Shown here piece by piece: positions 16,621 to 26,400 of a DNA stretch of 32,000 nucleotides (position 1 is the stretch's first letter; each line of letters starts with the position of its first letter). Under the pieces are notes generated by a model. It did not search any database. It was not told the DNA's origin and worked only from the letters and a program-made list of their open reading frames with translations. This DNA comes from Erysipelotrichaceae bacterium. Its GTDB lineage: Bacteria > Bacillota_I > Bacilli_A > Erysipelotrichales > Erysipelotrichaceae. Both the position numbers and the translations under genes were made by a program. Location of the stretch: the NCBI GenBank assembly GCA_030604855.1, contig JAUVVC010000009.1, forward strand, positions 30,001-62,000. The letters are read 5' to 3'.

Positions 16621-17368
16621 GATTCCATCGGTCGATGTGTTGATTGCGGAACAACGTGCCAAGAAACAAGCGATGAAACGGATACGAATCAAACGATTTC
16701 TAATCAGCATGCTGTTTATTTTATGTTTTGTTGGCTCAACGCTTGGCATCATTCGATTCGACATTTTCAACATTAAGAAAATCGATGTGATCGGCAACCG
16801 AGTTTTGAAGACAGCCTATCTTCAAGAAAACCTGTGGTCACAGACACTAAGCAAAGTTGGTTTGACCTCAGGTGTACATCTTAGTGCAAAAATTGAGGAT
16901 GAAGCCTTGATCGCATCGTATTCGATTCGCTATCCACGTTTCAATGAAATCATGATTCAGATCACCGAATATCGAATCTTAGCGCATCTCATCGATCAAA
17001 ATCAGTTGTTGTTAGAAAACAATCAGGTTGTCGATTTGGATGTATCCTCAATGAATGAACCGATTGGAGTTCCTTTGATCAGTGGCTACTCAGATCCTGT
17101 TGCTCATGAACGGCTTGCAGAAGCGTTATTGAGTTTGAGTGCAGAAAATTTGATGAACATCTCAGAGCTCAAGCGTGAGCCCAAATCGTATGATTCTTAT
17201 TATGCTCATCTCAGGATGATGGATGGCATCCAGGTCTATACGGCGTTGTCCAGCTTGCATGTCTTGAATGATTATCTTAAGATTCGCAATGCTTTGAACC
17301 CTGAACATGATTGTATAGCGATTGACGAAATCACAGCAGTACCGTATAGTTTCTCTTGTGCCTCTTAA
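16613..17368 (+). CDS. divIB: cell division protein DivIB/FtsQ (POTRA domain)
   Basis: Start moved to ATG 16613 (SD GGAG 16605-16608), overlapping the murB end by 8 nt. It has a basic cytoplasmic N-terminus, one TM (FLISMLFILCFVGSTLGII), a POTRA-like FNIKKIDVIGNRVLKTAYLQE and a position after murB. Similarity is weak, which is normal for this family. Confidence 0.7.
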   Translation: MTEIPSVDVLIAEQRAKKQAMKRIRIKRFLISMLFILCFVGSTLGIIRFDIFNIKKIDVIGNRVLKTAYLQENLWSQTLSKVGLTSGVHLSAKIEDEALIASYSIRYPRFNEIMIQITEYRILAHLIDQNQLLLENNQVVDLDVSSMNEPIGVPLISGYSDPVAHERLAEALLSLSAENLMNISELKREPKSYDSYYAHLRMMDGIQVYTALSSLHVLNDYLKIRNALNPEHDCIAIDEITAVPYSFSCAS

Positions 17369-17390
17369 AATGTGAAAAAGGCAGATTTTT

Positions 17391-17399
17391 TGTTATAAT
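17391..17399 (+). promoter_or_regulatory. extended -10 box TGtTATAAT for asp23-fakA
   Basis: TGTTATAAT at 17391-17399. SD AAGGAG at 17412-17417 precedes ATG 17423. Confidence 0.55.
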
Positions 17400-17422
17400 G
17401 AACTTGTTAAAAGGAGATCAGT

Positions 17423-17782
17423 ATGTCAATAGAGCGTTCAACGCAATTAGGTAATATCAATATCTCGCACGATGCGATTGCTAGTTTGGCCGGTGGAGTC
17501 GTAACCGAGTGTTATGGTGTTGTTGGTATGGCTTCGCAGAAAGTTGTTAAAGATGGAATCGCTGAATTGCTACGTAAAGAAAATTATAGTAAAGGTGTCA
17601 TTGTTCGTGATGGGGCCAAGGGCTTGGAACTTGATCTTTATTTGATCATCGGTTTTGGCGTTAAAATATCTGAGGTCGTCAATGAAGTGCAAAAGAAAGT
17701 CAAGTATGTTTTGGAAAAGTCATTGGATCTGAAGTTCAATGCAATCAATGTATATGTCCAAGGCGTTCGGGTAATTGGTTAG
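17423..17782 (+). CDS. Asp23/Gls24-family envelope stress protein (YloU-like)
   Basis: 119 aa. GNINISHDAIASLAGGVVTECYGVVGM... is typical of Asp23/DUF322 proteins. It is in the conserved position upstream of yloV/fakA. Confidence 0.9.
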   Translation: MSIERSTQLGNINISHDAIASLAGGVVTECYGVVGMASQKVVKDGIAELLRKENYSKGVIVRDGAKGLELDLYLIIGFGVKISEVVNEVQKKVKYVLEKSLDLKFNAINVYVQGVRVIG

Positions 17783-17786
17783 AACT

Positions 17787-19415
17787 ATGAATAAATTAGA
17801 CGGATCGTTGTTCAAATCAATGTTGGTGAGTGGTGCGAACAATTTAAGCAACCATCACCATGAAGTAGATGCATTAAATGTTTTTCCTGTGCCGGATGGG
17901 GATACAGGTACAAATATGAATCTCACATTCAGTGCAGGTGTTAAGGATACACAATCCATCCTCACCATGAATGTAGGCGATATCGCAAAAGTCTTGTCTA
18001 AAGGTTTATTGATGGGAGCACGGGGAAATTCGGGAGTCATCTTGTCGCAGATCTTTAGAGGCTTTTATCAAAGCGTTGATGGCAAAGCCGATATCTATGC
18101 CAAGGATTTTGCGGATGCATTCGTAAAGGGTACCGAAATTGCTTATAAAGCAGTCATGCGTCCTGTTGAAGGGACGATTCTTACGGTTTTACGTGAAAGC
18201 AGCAAACAAGCTCAGGATTATCTGAAAACGTATCCTGAGAAAGATATTTTGGAATACTTTGATTTCTTGATCGCTTCTGCGCATGAATCGTTATTGAGAA
18301 CACCGGATCTTCTACCTGTTTTAAAGGAAGTGGGTGTTGTGGATAGTGGTGCGTATGGCTACATCAAGATTCTTGAAGGGTTCAGATTGGGTTTACAGGG
18401 CAAACCTGTACCACTTCTCGATAATATAGAAGTCGGTGAAGGGGTTCAAAAGAACATTGAGAATGAAGAGTTTGGTTACTGTACGGAGTTTATCGTACGC
18501 TTGACACCTGAATTGATTGATACATTCAGTGAAACAGAGTTACGTGAGCGTTTATCACGTTTGGGCGATTCGATCGTTGTGGTTCAAGATGAAGAAATCG
18601 TCAAAGTTCATATCCATACCTTGACGCCTGGGGATGCATTGAATCTAGGCCAACGTTATGGTGATTTTGTTAAGTTGAAGATTGAAAACATGCAGGAGCA
18701 ACATGAGCATTTGACCCACATGGCACCTGAGTTGAAACCTGTTGTCAAAGAGAAGCAGAAATATGCCATCATAGCCGTGGCAGCAGGAGATGGTGTCAAA
18801 GAATTGTTTGAATCGTATCGCGTCGATGTGGTCATCAGTGGTGGACAGACCATGAATCCATCCACAGAAGATTTCGTTGCGGCGATTCAATCCCTCAATG
18901 CGGAACATATCTTCATTCTACCCAACAACTCCAACATTATTCTGGCCGCCCAACAAGCTGAATCTTTGATCGAAGATGCGGATGTACGTGTCTTGCCGAC
19001 AAAGAGTATTCCTCAAGGTTTGAGTGCTTGCATCATGTTCAATCCAGAAGTTAGCGTGGATGAGAATGTCACGGAAATGACGGAAGCTTTTAAGAATGTG
19101 AAAACCGCAATGGTCACGTATGCGATTAAAGACACCAGCTTTGAAGGTGTTTCAATCAACGCAGGTGATTACATGGGTATTTTGGAAAAGCAGATCGTGT
19201 GCAGCACACAAGAGAAATTGGATGCGACCAAGAAATTACTGTTGGAGGCTGTCAAAGCTGAAGATGGTTTGATCACCATATTGGCGGGTGAAGATGTCAG
19301 TTCGGATGAACTTTCTGATATCGAGGCTTTCATTGGTGAGCATTTCGATCATTGCGAAGTTGAAGTCACGCTAGGACGTCAACCAGTATATTCATTTATA
19401 TTTGGAATTGAGTAA
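17787..19415 (+). CDS. fakA: DAK2-domain fatty acid kinase subunit FakA (YloV family)
   Basis: Start moved to ATG 17787 (MNKLDGSLF...); the track start at 17775 is a TTG. It has LNVFPVPDGDTGTNMNLT, GARGNSGVILSQIFRG, VEGTILTV, GVVDSGAYG and GGQTMNPSTEDF. It is collinear with S. aureus FakA as I recall it, and shows Asp23-FakA-RecG synteny. Confidence 0.85.
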   Translation: MNKLDGSLFKSMLVSGANNLSNHHHEVDALNVFPVPDGDTGTNMNLTFSAGVKDTQSILTMNVGDIAKVLSKGLLMGARGNSGVILSQIFRGFYQSVDGKADIYAKDFADAFVKGTEIAYKAVMRPVEGTILTVLRESSKQAQDYLKTYPEKDILEYFDFLIASAHESLLRTPDLLPVLKEVGVVDSGAYGYIKILEGFRLGLQGKPVPLLDNIEVGEGVQKNIENEEFGYCTEFIVRLTPELIDTFSETELRERLSRLGDSIVVVQDEEIVKVHIHTLTPGDALNLGQRYGDFVKLKIENMQEQHEHLTHMAPELKPVVKEKQKYAIIAVAAGDGVKELFESYRVDVVISGGQTMNPSTEDFVAAIQSLNAEHIFILPNNSNIILAAQQAESLIEDADVRVLPTKSIPQGLSACIMFNPEVSVDENVTEMTEAFKNVKTAMVTYAIKDTSFEGVSINAGDYMGILEKQIVCSTQEKLDATKKLLLEAVKAEDGLITILAGEDVSSDELSDIEAFIGEHFDHCEVEVTLGRQPVYSFIFGIE

Positions 19416-19438
19416 GAGGGCGTCAGCCCTTTTCTTTT

Positions 19439-21424
19439 ATGGAACTGAAACAATTAAAATTGAGCAAGCGAATGATTGAAAAATGTACTGAAGCAGGTTT
19501 CAATGAAATTGAAGACCTACTTTGGTTTTTTCCTGTACGTTATGAAGAAATTCGCCAGAAAGCATTCTCGGATTGGTTGGTGAATGATAAAATCTGGCTC
19601 GAAGGAACCATTGTGGATCCATTCAAACAAGTCTATCTACCGAAGAATCGAAGTGTGACAAAGTTTCATTTCCAAAGCTTGGAAGGCCTTTTTCAGGTGA
19701 CGATTTTCAATCGGCCTTGGTTGAAACTCAATCAGCACATCACGCTACAGGCGCGCTACGATGGACAGAATCAACTTACAGGGCTTCAATACAATGCTCA
19801 AGCTTTGATGGATCAACTCGGTTTGGTTCCGATTTATGCATTACGTAAAGAGTTGACGCAAAAGGACATGCATAAACTTGTCGATAAAGCATTCGTGTTT
19901 CTTGATCAGTGCATTAAAAATGATGTGCCAGATGTTTTTCGTGAGCGCTATCGCTTATTAAGACTGAAAGATGCACTTCATTATATCCATAAACCCCATA
20001 CGATGGAAGCGGTTGTGCAAGCTTCACGAACATTGAAATATGAAGAGTTTCTTCGTTTTCAAACCAAGTTGCAGGTAAACCGATCCATCAACTTCAGTGG
20101 TCAATTCGGAAAAGTTAAGGTATTTGATCGTAGATTGGTTCAAACTTGGATGAAACAACTTCCGTTTGAGCTCACAGCGGATCAAAAACAGGTTCTCAAT
20201 GAAATACTTGATGATCTTCAATCCAAGCATCGTATGAATCGACTTTTACAAGGGGATGTTGGAAGTGGTAAAACAGTCATCGCAGCATTGGCGATGTATG
20301 CGACGTCATTGGCTCATTATCAAAGTGCTCTACTAGCGCCTACTGAAATCCTAGCTCGCCAACACGCTGAGACACTTAAACAATATCTGCCGAAAACGCT
20401 GCGGATTGAGGTGCTCTATTCATCATTATCTACGCAACAGAAGCGTAAGATTTTGACTGATCTCAAAAACAACGAGATCGACATCTTGGTAGGCACACAT
20501 TCTTTGATACAGGAAGAAGTTCGATTCGCAAACTGTGGTCTGGTCGTCGCGGATGAGCAACATCGTTTTGGTGTGAAACAACGACAATCTTTGAGTGAAA
20601 AAGGAGACAAAGTCGACTTTCTATTGATGAGTGCGACACCGATTCCACGTACATTGGCAGCAGTTCTATTCAACGATGTGGAGATATCTACGATTACAAA
20701 TTACCATTCCTCTAAACAAAATACACAAACCTTCTTGATTCGTGAGAACAGCATCAAACCCATTTACGATCAAATTCTAAAGCGCCTTGAGGAGAAGGAT
20801 CAAGTTTATTTTGTCTGTCCCAGCATTGAACAAAGTGATCGACCTACAAAGAGTGTTGAGATCATTGAAGCAGCTTTAAAAAGAGGATTACCGAAACATA
20901 TTCGAATCGGAGTCTTGCATGGTCGATTGACCGCGGAAGAAAAGACACGTGTGCTTGAATGCTTCTATGCACAGGAATACGACTGCTTGGTCACTACGAC
21001 AGTCATTGAAGTTGGTGTGAACATCCAATCGGCCAATACGATGGTCGTTTATGATAGTGATCGCTTTGGTTTATCGCAGCTTCATCAACTTCGTGGACGG
21101 GTTGGTCGAGGAAGTGTCGAGGGACGTTGTTTCTTATTGACTGACAGTGAGGATGAATTGAGTCTGGAGCGCTTGAATGTGTTGGTTGAAAGTCAAGATG
21201 GCTTTGAGATTGCGAATAAAGATCTTGCGCTACGGGGGCCTGGAGAGATTTTTGGTTTGAAGCAGAGTGGAATTCCAAGCTTTTTGATTGCGAATGTGGT
21301 GACGGATCAAGCCATTTTGATGACAGCGCAAAAAGATGGCCAAGAAATCATGAAGAATCCAAGTCAATATAATGCATGGTTAGAGCATTGTCGAAAAGAA
21401 CTTGAGACCCAAGTGGTGGATTAA
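19439..21424 (+). CDS. recG: ATP-dependent DNA helicase RecG
   Basis: 661 aa. It has a wedge/OB N-terminal part and helicase motifs LQGDVGSGKT, VADEQHRFG, MSATPIPRT, LHGRL and TTVIEVGVN, plus the TRG motif QLHQLRGRVGRG. Confidence 0.95.
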   Translation: MELKQLKLSKRMIEKCTEAGFNEIEDLLWFFPVRYEEIRQKAFSDWLVNDKIWLEGTIVDPFKQVYLPKNRSVTKFHFQSLEGLFQVTIFNRPWLKLNQHITLQARYDGQNQLTGLQYNAQALMDQLGLVPIYALRKELTQKDMHKLVDKAFVFLDQCIKNDVPDVFRERYRLLRLKDALHYIHKPHTMEAVVQASRTLKYEEFLRFQTKLQVNRSINFSGQFGKVKVFDRRLVQTWMKQLPFELTADQKQVLNEILDDLQSKHRMNRLLQGDVGSGKTVIAALAMYATSLAHYQSALLAPTEILARQHAETLKQYLPKTLRIEVLYSSLSTQQKRKILTDLKNNEIDILVGTHSLIQEEVRFANCGLVVADEQHRFGVKQRQSLSEKGDKVDFLLMSATPIPRTLAAVLFNDVEISTITNYHSSKQNTQTFLIRENSIKPIYDQILKRLEEKDQVYFVCPSIEQSDRPTKSVEIIEAALKRGLPKHIRIGVLHGRLTAEEKTRVLECFYAQEYDCLVTTTVIEVGVNIQSANTMVVYDSDRFGLSQLHQLRGRVGRGSVEGRCFLLTDSEDELSLERLNVLVESQDGFEIANKDLALRGPGEIFGLKQSGIPSFLIANVVTDQAILMTAQKDGQEIMKNPSQYNAWLEHCRKELETQVVD

Positions 21425-21432
21425 GGTATAAT
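21402..21432 (+). promoter_or_regulatory. candidate promoter inside the recG 3' end / recG-rnc spacer
   Basis: TTGAGA (21402-21407), a 19-nt spacer (long), then TATAAT (21427-21432). The rnc ATG (21439) lies 6 nt after the -10. Confidence 0.4.
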
Positions 21433-21438
21433 AATCGT

Positions 21439-22122
21439 ATGAATCTACACGAATGGCTAAAGCAACATCACATCAAAGTCAATGACCTTAAGTCAATTGA
21501 ATTGGCATTTATTCATCGATCCTACTTTCATGAGAATCCAAATCAATACAGTGAAGACAATCAGCGTCTGGAGTTCATCGGTGACGCAGTCTTACAGCTC
21601 TGGTCTGCGAATCATCTTTTTCATTTGACTCCTAAGTTGAACGAGGGCGAGATGACGAAGCTCCGCGCACAATTGGTTTGTGAACAATCACTGGCTCAAA
21701 TCGCTTTTAAACTGGAACTCAATCAATTCTTGAAATTGGGTCATGGTGAGCAAAACGATCAAGGACAGAATCGTGATTCAACGGTTGCGGATATGTTCGA
21801 AGCTTTTTTAGGTGCACTTTATTTAGACTCTGGGTTTATGACCGTGGATGGTATTTTACGTGATGTTTATAAGAACTTGAACGATTTCAAAGATGCTCGT
21901 TTGGTTAAAGATTATAAAACAGAGTTACAGGAATATGTACAAGCCGATGATAAGCGTACGATTGCCTATGTTTTGTTGAGTACAAGTGGACCTTCGAATC
22001 AAAGAATTTTTGAAATCAGTGTTCAAATCGATGGCATCAGTTATGGTAAAGGAAAGGGCAGTTCAAAGAAACGTGCGGAACAAGCGGCTGCACAGGAAGC
22101 TTTGAAGAAATTGGTGAAGTAA
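21439..22122 (+). CDS. rnc: ribonuclease III
   Basis: 227 aa. It has the RNase III signature NQRLEFIGDAVL, VADMFEAFLGALYLD and a C-terminal dsRBD (GPSNQRIFEISVQIDG...GSSKKRAEQAAAQEAL). Confidence 0.95.
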   Translation: MNLHEWLKQHHIKVNDLKSIELAFIHRSYFHENPNQYSEDNQRLEFIGDAVLQLWSANHLFHLTPKLNEGEMTKLRAQLVCEQSLAQIAFKLELNQFLKLGHGEQNDQGQNRDSTVADMFEAFLGALYLDSGFMTVDGILRDVYKNLNDFKDARLVKDYKTELQEYVQADDKRTIAYVLLSTSGPSNQRIFEISVQIDGISYGKGKGSSKKRAEQAAAQEALKKLVK

Positions 22123-23406
22123 ATGAAATTTGAACTGTTTAATGAGGCAATCGGCTTAAGCTACGAAGAGGCTGTCAAAGAAGCTGAACGCTGTTTGAAT
22201 TGTCGTCATAAACCCTGTGTCGATGGTTGTGTTGCTCACATGGAGATTCCTTCCATGATCAAGGCATTCCTTGAAGGGCGTGGTGAAGAGGCCAAAGCAA
22301 TCGCAGAGACAAGAAATAGTTTTCCTGAGTTTTGTGGTCGTGTTTGTTATCAAGACATTCAATGTGAAGCAAAATGTGTTCGAATGAAACAGAATGCTCC
22401 CGTTAAGATTGGTCTGATTGAACGTTTCATCGCGGACCATTATGAGTCCGTTAAAACAACTCAAGCCAAGGTGAATAAGAAATTTGCAATCATTGGTTCT
22501 GGTCCATCGGGTTTGGCTTGTGCTTCAACTTTGATTCAAGCTGGATTTGATGTGACCGTTTTCGAGAAGAAAGCGATTTTGGGTGGTGTTTTGAAATTTG
22601 GGATTCCACCGTATCGTTTACCGAATGAAATTGTCGATACGCGCATCCAAGAACTCATGAATCTCGGAGTTAAGTTCAAAATCGAAGAGAATTTTGGACG
22701 GACACGAAGTTACCATGAGTTGTTTAATGAAGGTTTCGTTGGAATGTATCTTGCGATGGGAGCATCGAAGCAGAATTTCGGTAAGATTGAAGGTTCTGAA
22801 CACTTTAAAGTCATCGGATGGAAGCAATTTCTCAGTATCTTGAATATTGGTGAGAAATCATTCCGTGAACACTTCGCACACATCAAACGTCTTTGTGTCG
22901 TGGGAGGTGGCAATGTGGCGATGGATGTGGCCATCAGTGCAGCTAAATTCGGCATTGAAACACATCTTGTTTATCGTCGAACCATCGATCTGATGCCTGC
23001 ACGTAAGGCGGAAGTTGAAGAATGTATTCATTTGGGAGTTCAAGTCCATGAACTTTGCGATCCGGTGAAAGTCAGTGAAAAGGGTGAGATGATCCATGTT
23101 GAGTGCAAACGTACACAGTTGATCAAAGTGGATGAACTGGATCGTGGTACCATCGTTGATGCGGAGGGTCGTTTTGATTTGGATGTGGACCTGATGGTCA
23201 TGGCGATTGGCTCCAGTGTCAAACGCTTGAACTTTGAGGGTTTGAATTTGGATGGACAAGGTCGTATTCTTGTGAATGAGCATTATGAAACGAATATTCC
23301 GGGTGTTTTCGCAGCAGGGGATGTCGTCACAGGACCTAAAACCGTTATTCACGCTTTGGCAGCTGGAAAGCTTGCAGCTGAAAAGATCATAGAAAGATAT
23401 ATATAA
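22123..23406 (+). CDS. NfnB/GltD/SudA-like iron-sulfur flavoprotein (glutamate synthase small-subunit family NAD(P)H oxidoreductase)
   Basis: 427 aa. Two N-terminal Cys clusters are present (CLNCRHKPCVDGC and CGRVCYQDIQCEAKC). Two dinucleotide-binding folds are present (IIGSGPSGLACA and VVGGGNVAMDVA), along with C-terminal FAAGDVV. ATG 22123 abuts the rnc stop (TAAATG). Confidence 0.85.
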   Translation: MKFELFNEAIGLSYEEAVKEAERCLNCRHKPCVDGCVAHMEIPSMIKAFLEGRGEEAKAIAETRNSFPEFCGRVCYQDIQCEAKCVRMKQNAPVKIGLIERFIADHYESVKTTQAKVNKKFAIIGSGPSGLACASTLIQAGFDVTVFEKKAILGGVLKFGIPPYRLPNEIVDTRIQELMNLGVKFKIEENFGRTRSYHELFNEGFVGMYLAMGASKQNFGKIEGSEHFKVIGWKQFLSILNIGEKSFREHFAHIKRLCVVGGGNVAMDVAISAAKFGIETHLVYRRTIDLMPARKAEVEECIHLGVQVHELCDPVKVSEKGEMIHVECKRTQLIKVDELDRGTIVDAEGRFDLDVDLMVMAIGSSVKRLNFEGLNLDGQGRILVNEHYETNIPGVFAAGDVVTGPKTVIHALAAGKLAAEKIIERYI

Positions 23407-26400
23407 ATGTTAGACATAAAACCGCTTATCAATAAAATGAACTTAGACTTACTTGATCAAGTCTATTTCAATGATGCCTTTATCCAACGTGTTCAGTTTT
23501 ATCGTGATGAACGACGTGTCGTATTGGAATTGAAATTGAAGCAGAATTTGACATTTGACTTGTATCAAAAGTTTGTGCAAGAACTCGAAAAGATCCTGGG
23601 TGTGCAGACGACGTTGTTATTGAATGTGCAAGACAATGATTTGACACAAAAAGATCTTCAACGTTACGTCAATCATTGCATTGACGAGAACCATTGGAGT
23701 CTATTACAAAATAACCGTTTGTATACGTTTGAACAAGACATCCTTTATTTCATGGTTGAGAGCCATGTGGATGCCTTTCTTATGGAACGTCAATTATCTG
23801 AGCTGTCCAACGCATTGAGAATTTATGGAATCGATTACGCATGTAAACAACGTGTTGCCTCACAAAGCATTGAAATCGAGGAGGTTCCTGTCATTATACA
23901 AGAGGAGCCTGAATTCAATCGAAATCCTGCCAAGACCAAGCGCATAAAAAAAGAAGACAGTTTGTTGGTTCCTTTAAAGGATTGTGTTTTAGGAATGAAA
24001 GGAATCAAGATTCAGGGGAAGATCTTTAACATCGAAAGCCAATGGATCAAAAACAATACGACGTTAAGACAAACCGTATTCTTGCATGATGAAGAAGATG
24101 CTTTATCATTCAGTCAGTTTTTAGATAATAAAGAAGAAATTGATAAATATGGTTTACTTAAAAAAGGGGATTGCTTGGAAATTTATGGAGACATCATTTA
24201 TGATAACTTCAATAAAGACATCCAAATACAAGTTCGGGATATTCGAATCATTCCAGATTGGATGAAACGAAGTGATGAAGCAAGTGATAAGCGAATCGAA
24301 TTGCATTTGCATACCAACATGTCAGAAATGGATGGTGTTTCACCAATCGAAGCATACATCCAACAGGCTTATGATTGGGGTCATGATGCGATTGCAATCA
24401 CGGATCATAATTCAGTTCAAGCCTATCCGAAAGCTCAAAAAGCTGTTGAGGCTTTGAATAAGAAGAATCCGAATCGTAATTTTAAGATGATTTATGGTTT
24501 GGAAATGAACATGGTTGAATCGGGTTATTCAATCGTTCAAAATCCAAAAGGACAAAGCCTGCATGATACGACTTACGTTGTGTTGGATTTGGAGACAACT
24601 GGACTCTCATCGCATTTTGATGCGATCATCGAATTTGCGGCCGTTAAGGTTCAGGCTGGCATGATCGTGGATCGAATCCAAATGTTTGTTAACCCAAAGC
24701 GAAAATTGAGTTCGTTCAACATTGAAAAGACGCATATCAAACAAAGTGATGTGGATGCGGCTCATGAGTTGCATGATGTCATCGATACATGGTTGAAGTT
24801 TATTGGAGATGGAGTCATTCTAGCGCATAATGCTCGATTTGACATTGGTTTTCTAAATGCAGCTTTGTATGGTCTCAATCGTCCACATTTGACAAATACG
24901 GTCATCGATACCTTGGATCTTTCCAAAGCTTTATTGAAAGATAAGAAATATTATCGTCTTGGCGTCATTGCGAAACATTTCAAGATTCCTTACGATGAAG
25001 CGGGAGCCCATAGAGCAGATTATGATACCGAAGTTTTATTGCAGGTCTATCAGAAGATGTTGGTACACGATGCATGCTTAGGATTGAAAACGGTGGATCA
25101 GCTCAATGAACTTGATCAAAGCCTTGCTTTTCAGAAAAACATGAAGAATCATGTCAATTTATTGGCTAGGAATCAAGCGGGTTTGAAAGCGATTTTTGAG
25201 TTGGTTACGATCGCACATACGGCACGATTGACTAATTCCAGTGTCAATCGTGCCGAAAATGATGGCATGAGCGAACCGCGCATCACGCGGGATGATATTC
25301 TATGTTTACGTAAAGATGTCTTGATTGGAAGTTCATGTTTCAATGGTGAGCTTTTTGAGTTGGCCGCAAATCGTTCTGATGAAGAATTGATCAAAGCGAT
25401 TCAATTTTATGATTATGTTGAAGTACAACCACTCGAAAATTATCGACCCCTCGTAGAAAATGGAAGTGTTCCGGATATGGATCGATTGAAAGCAATTCTG
25501 ATACGTTTGATTCAGACTTCAATTAAGCTTCAAAAACCAGTTCTTGCCAGTGGCGATGCTCATTATCTCAATCCAATGGATAAAAAGTTCAGAGATGTTT
25601 ATATCCAAGCAAAAGGTGTTGGAGCAGGGCGACATCCTTTGTATATTTACAATGAAACACGTCGTAAAACAAGCATCGCACCAGACCAACACTTTAGAAC
25701 AACAGATGAGATGTTGGATGCTTTTGCTTTTCTAGGATTAGACTTGGCGTATCGCTTGGTTGTATCCAATCCTCGCTTCGTCGCAAATCAAATTGAAACG
25801 GTTCATGCGATTAAGAAAGATCTTTATACGCCAAGCATTGAAGGTGCGGATGAGAAGCTCCGCATGCTTGTTTATGCCAATGCCTACGGAATTTATGGTG
25901 ATGTCTTGCCAGAAATCGTCGTTGATCGTATTGAAAAAGAATTGAATTCAATCATCACCCATGGCTTTGGTGTCATTTACTACATTGCTCACTTGCTTGT
26001 CAAAAAATCGATTGAGGACGGCTATCTGGTTGGATCTCGAGGTTCTGTTGGGTCCTCCTTGGTCGCGACGCTTGCGAACATCACCGAAGTCAATCCATTG
26101 GCACCGCATTATGTATGCATGAAATGCCATCATAGTGAATTCGTTTTAGATGGAAGTGTGGATAGTGGTTATGATCTACCGGATAAGAAGTGTCCTATTT
26201 GTGGATCGGATTTGCATATGGATGGACACGACATTCCATTTGAAACTTTCCTAGGGTTTGAAGGCGATAAAGTACCGGATATTGATTTAAATTTTTCTGG
26301 TGATTATCAAGATAAGGCGCATGCATATACCAAGGTTCTTTTTGGCGAAGATCATGTCTATCGTGCAGGTACGATTTCGACGGTTGCCCAACGGACAGCT

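Noticed and set aside
17359-17391. Possible terminator after divIB (TGCCT/AGGCA stem, then GATTTTTT).
   Set aside because: It has only 5 bp with a 15-nt loop, which is too weak to call. It may give partial termination before the asp23 promoter, but I cannot support it as a feature.
22858-23352. 164-aa antisense ORF inside the NfnB/GltD-like gene (also 22156..22464, 22618..22955 and 23040..23222).
   Set aside because: Same codon-bias artefact. The translated sequence is low-complexity with no recognisable motifs, and the sense-strand gene has clear family motifs.
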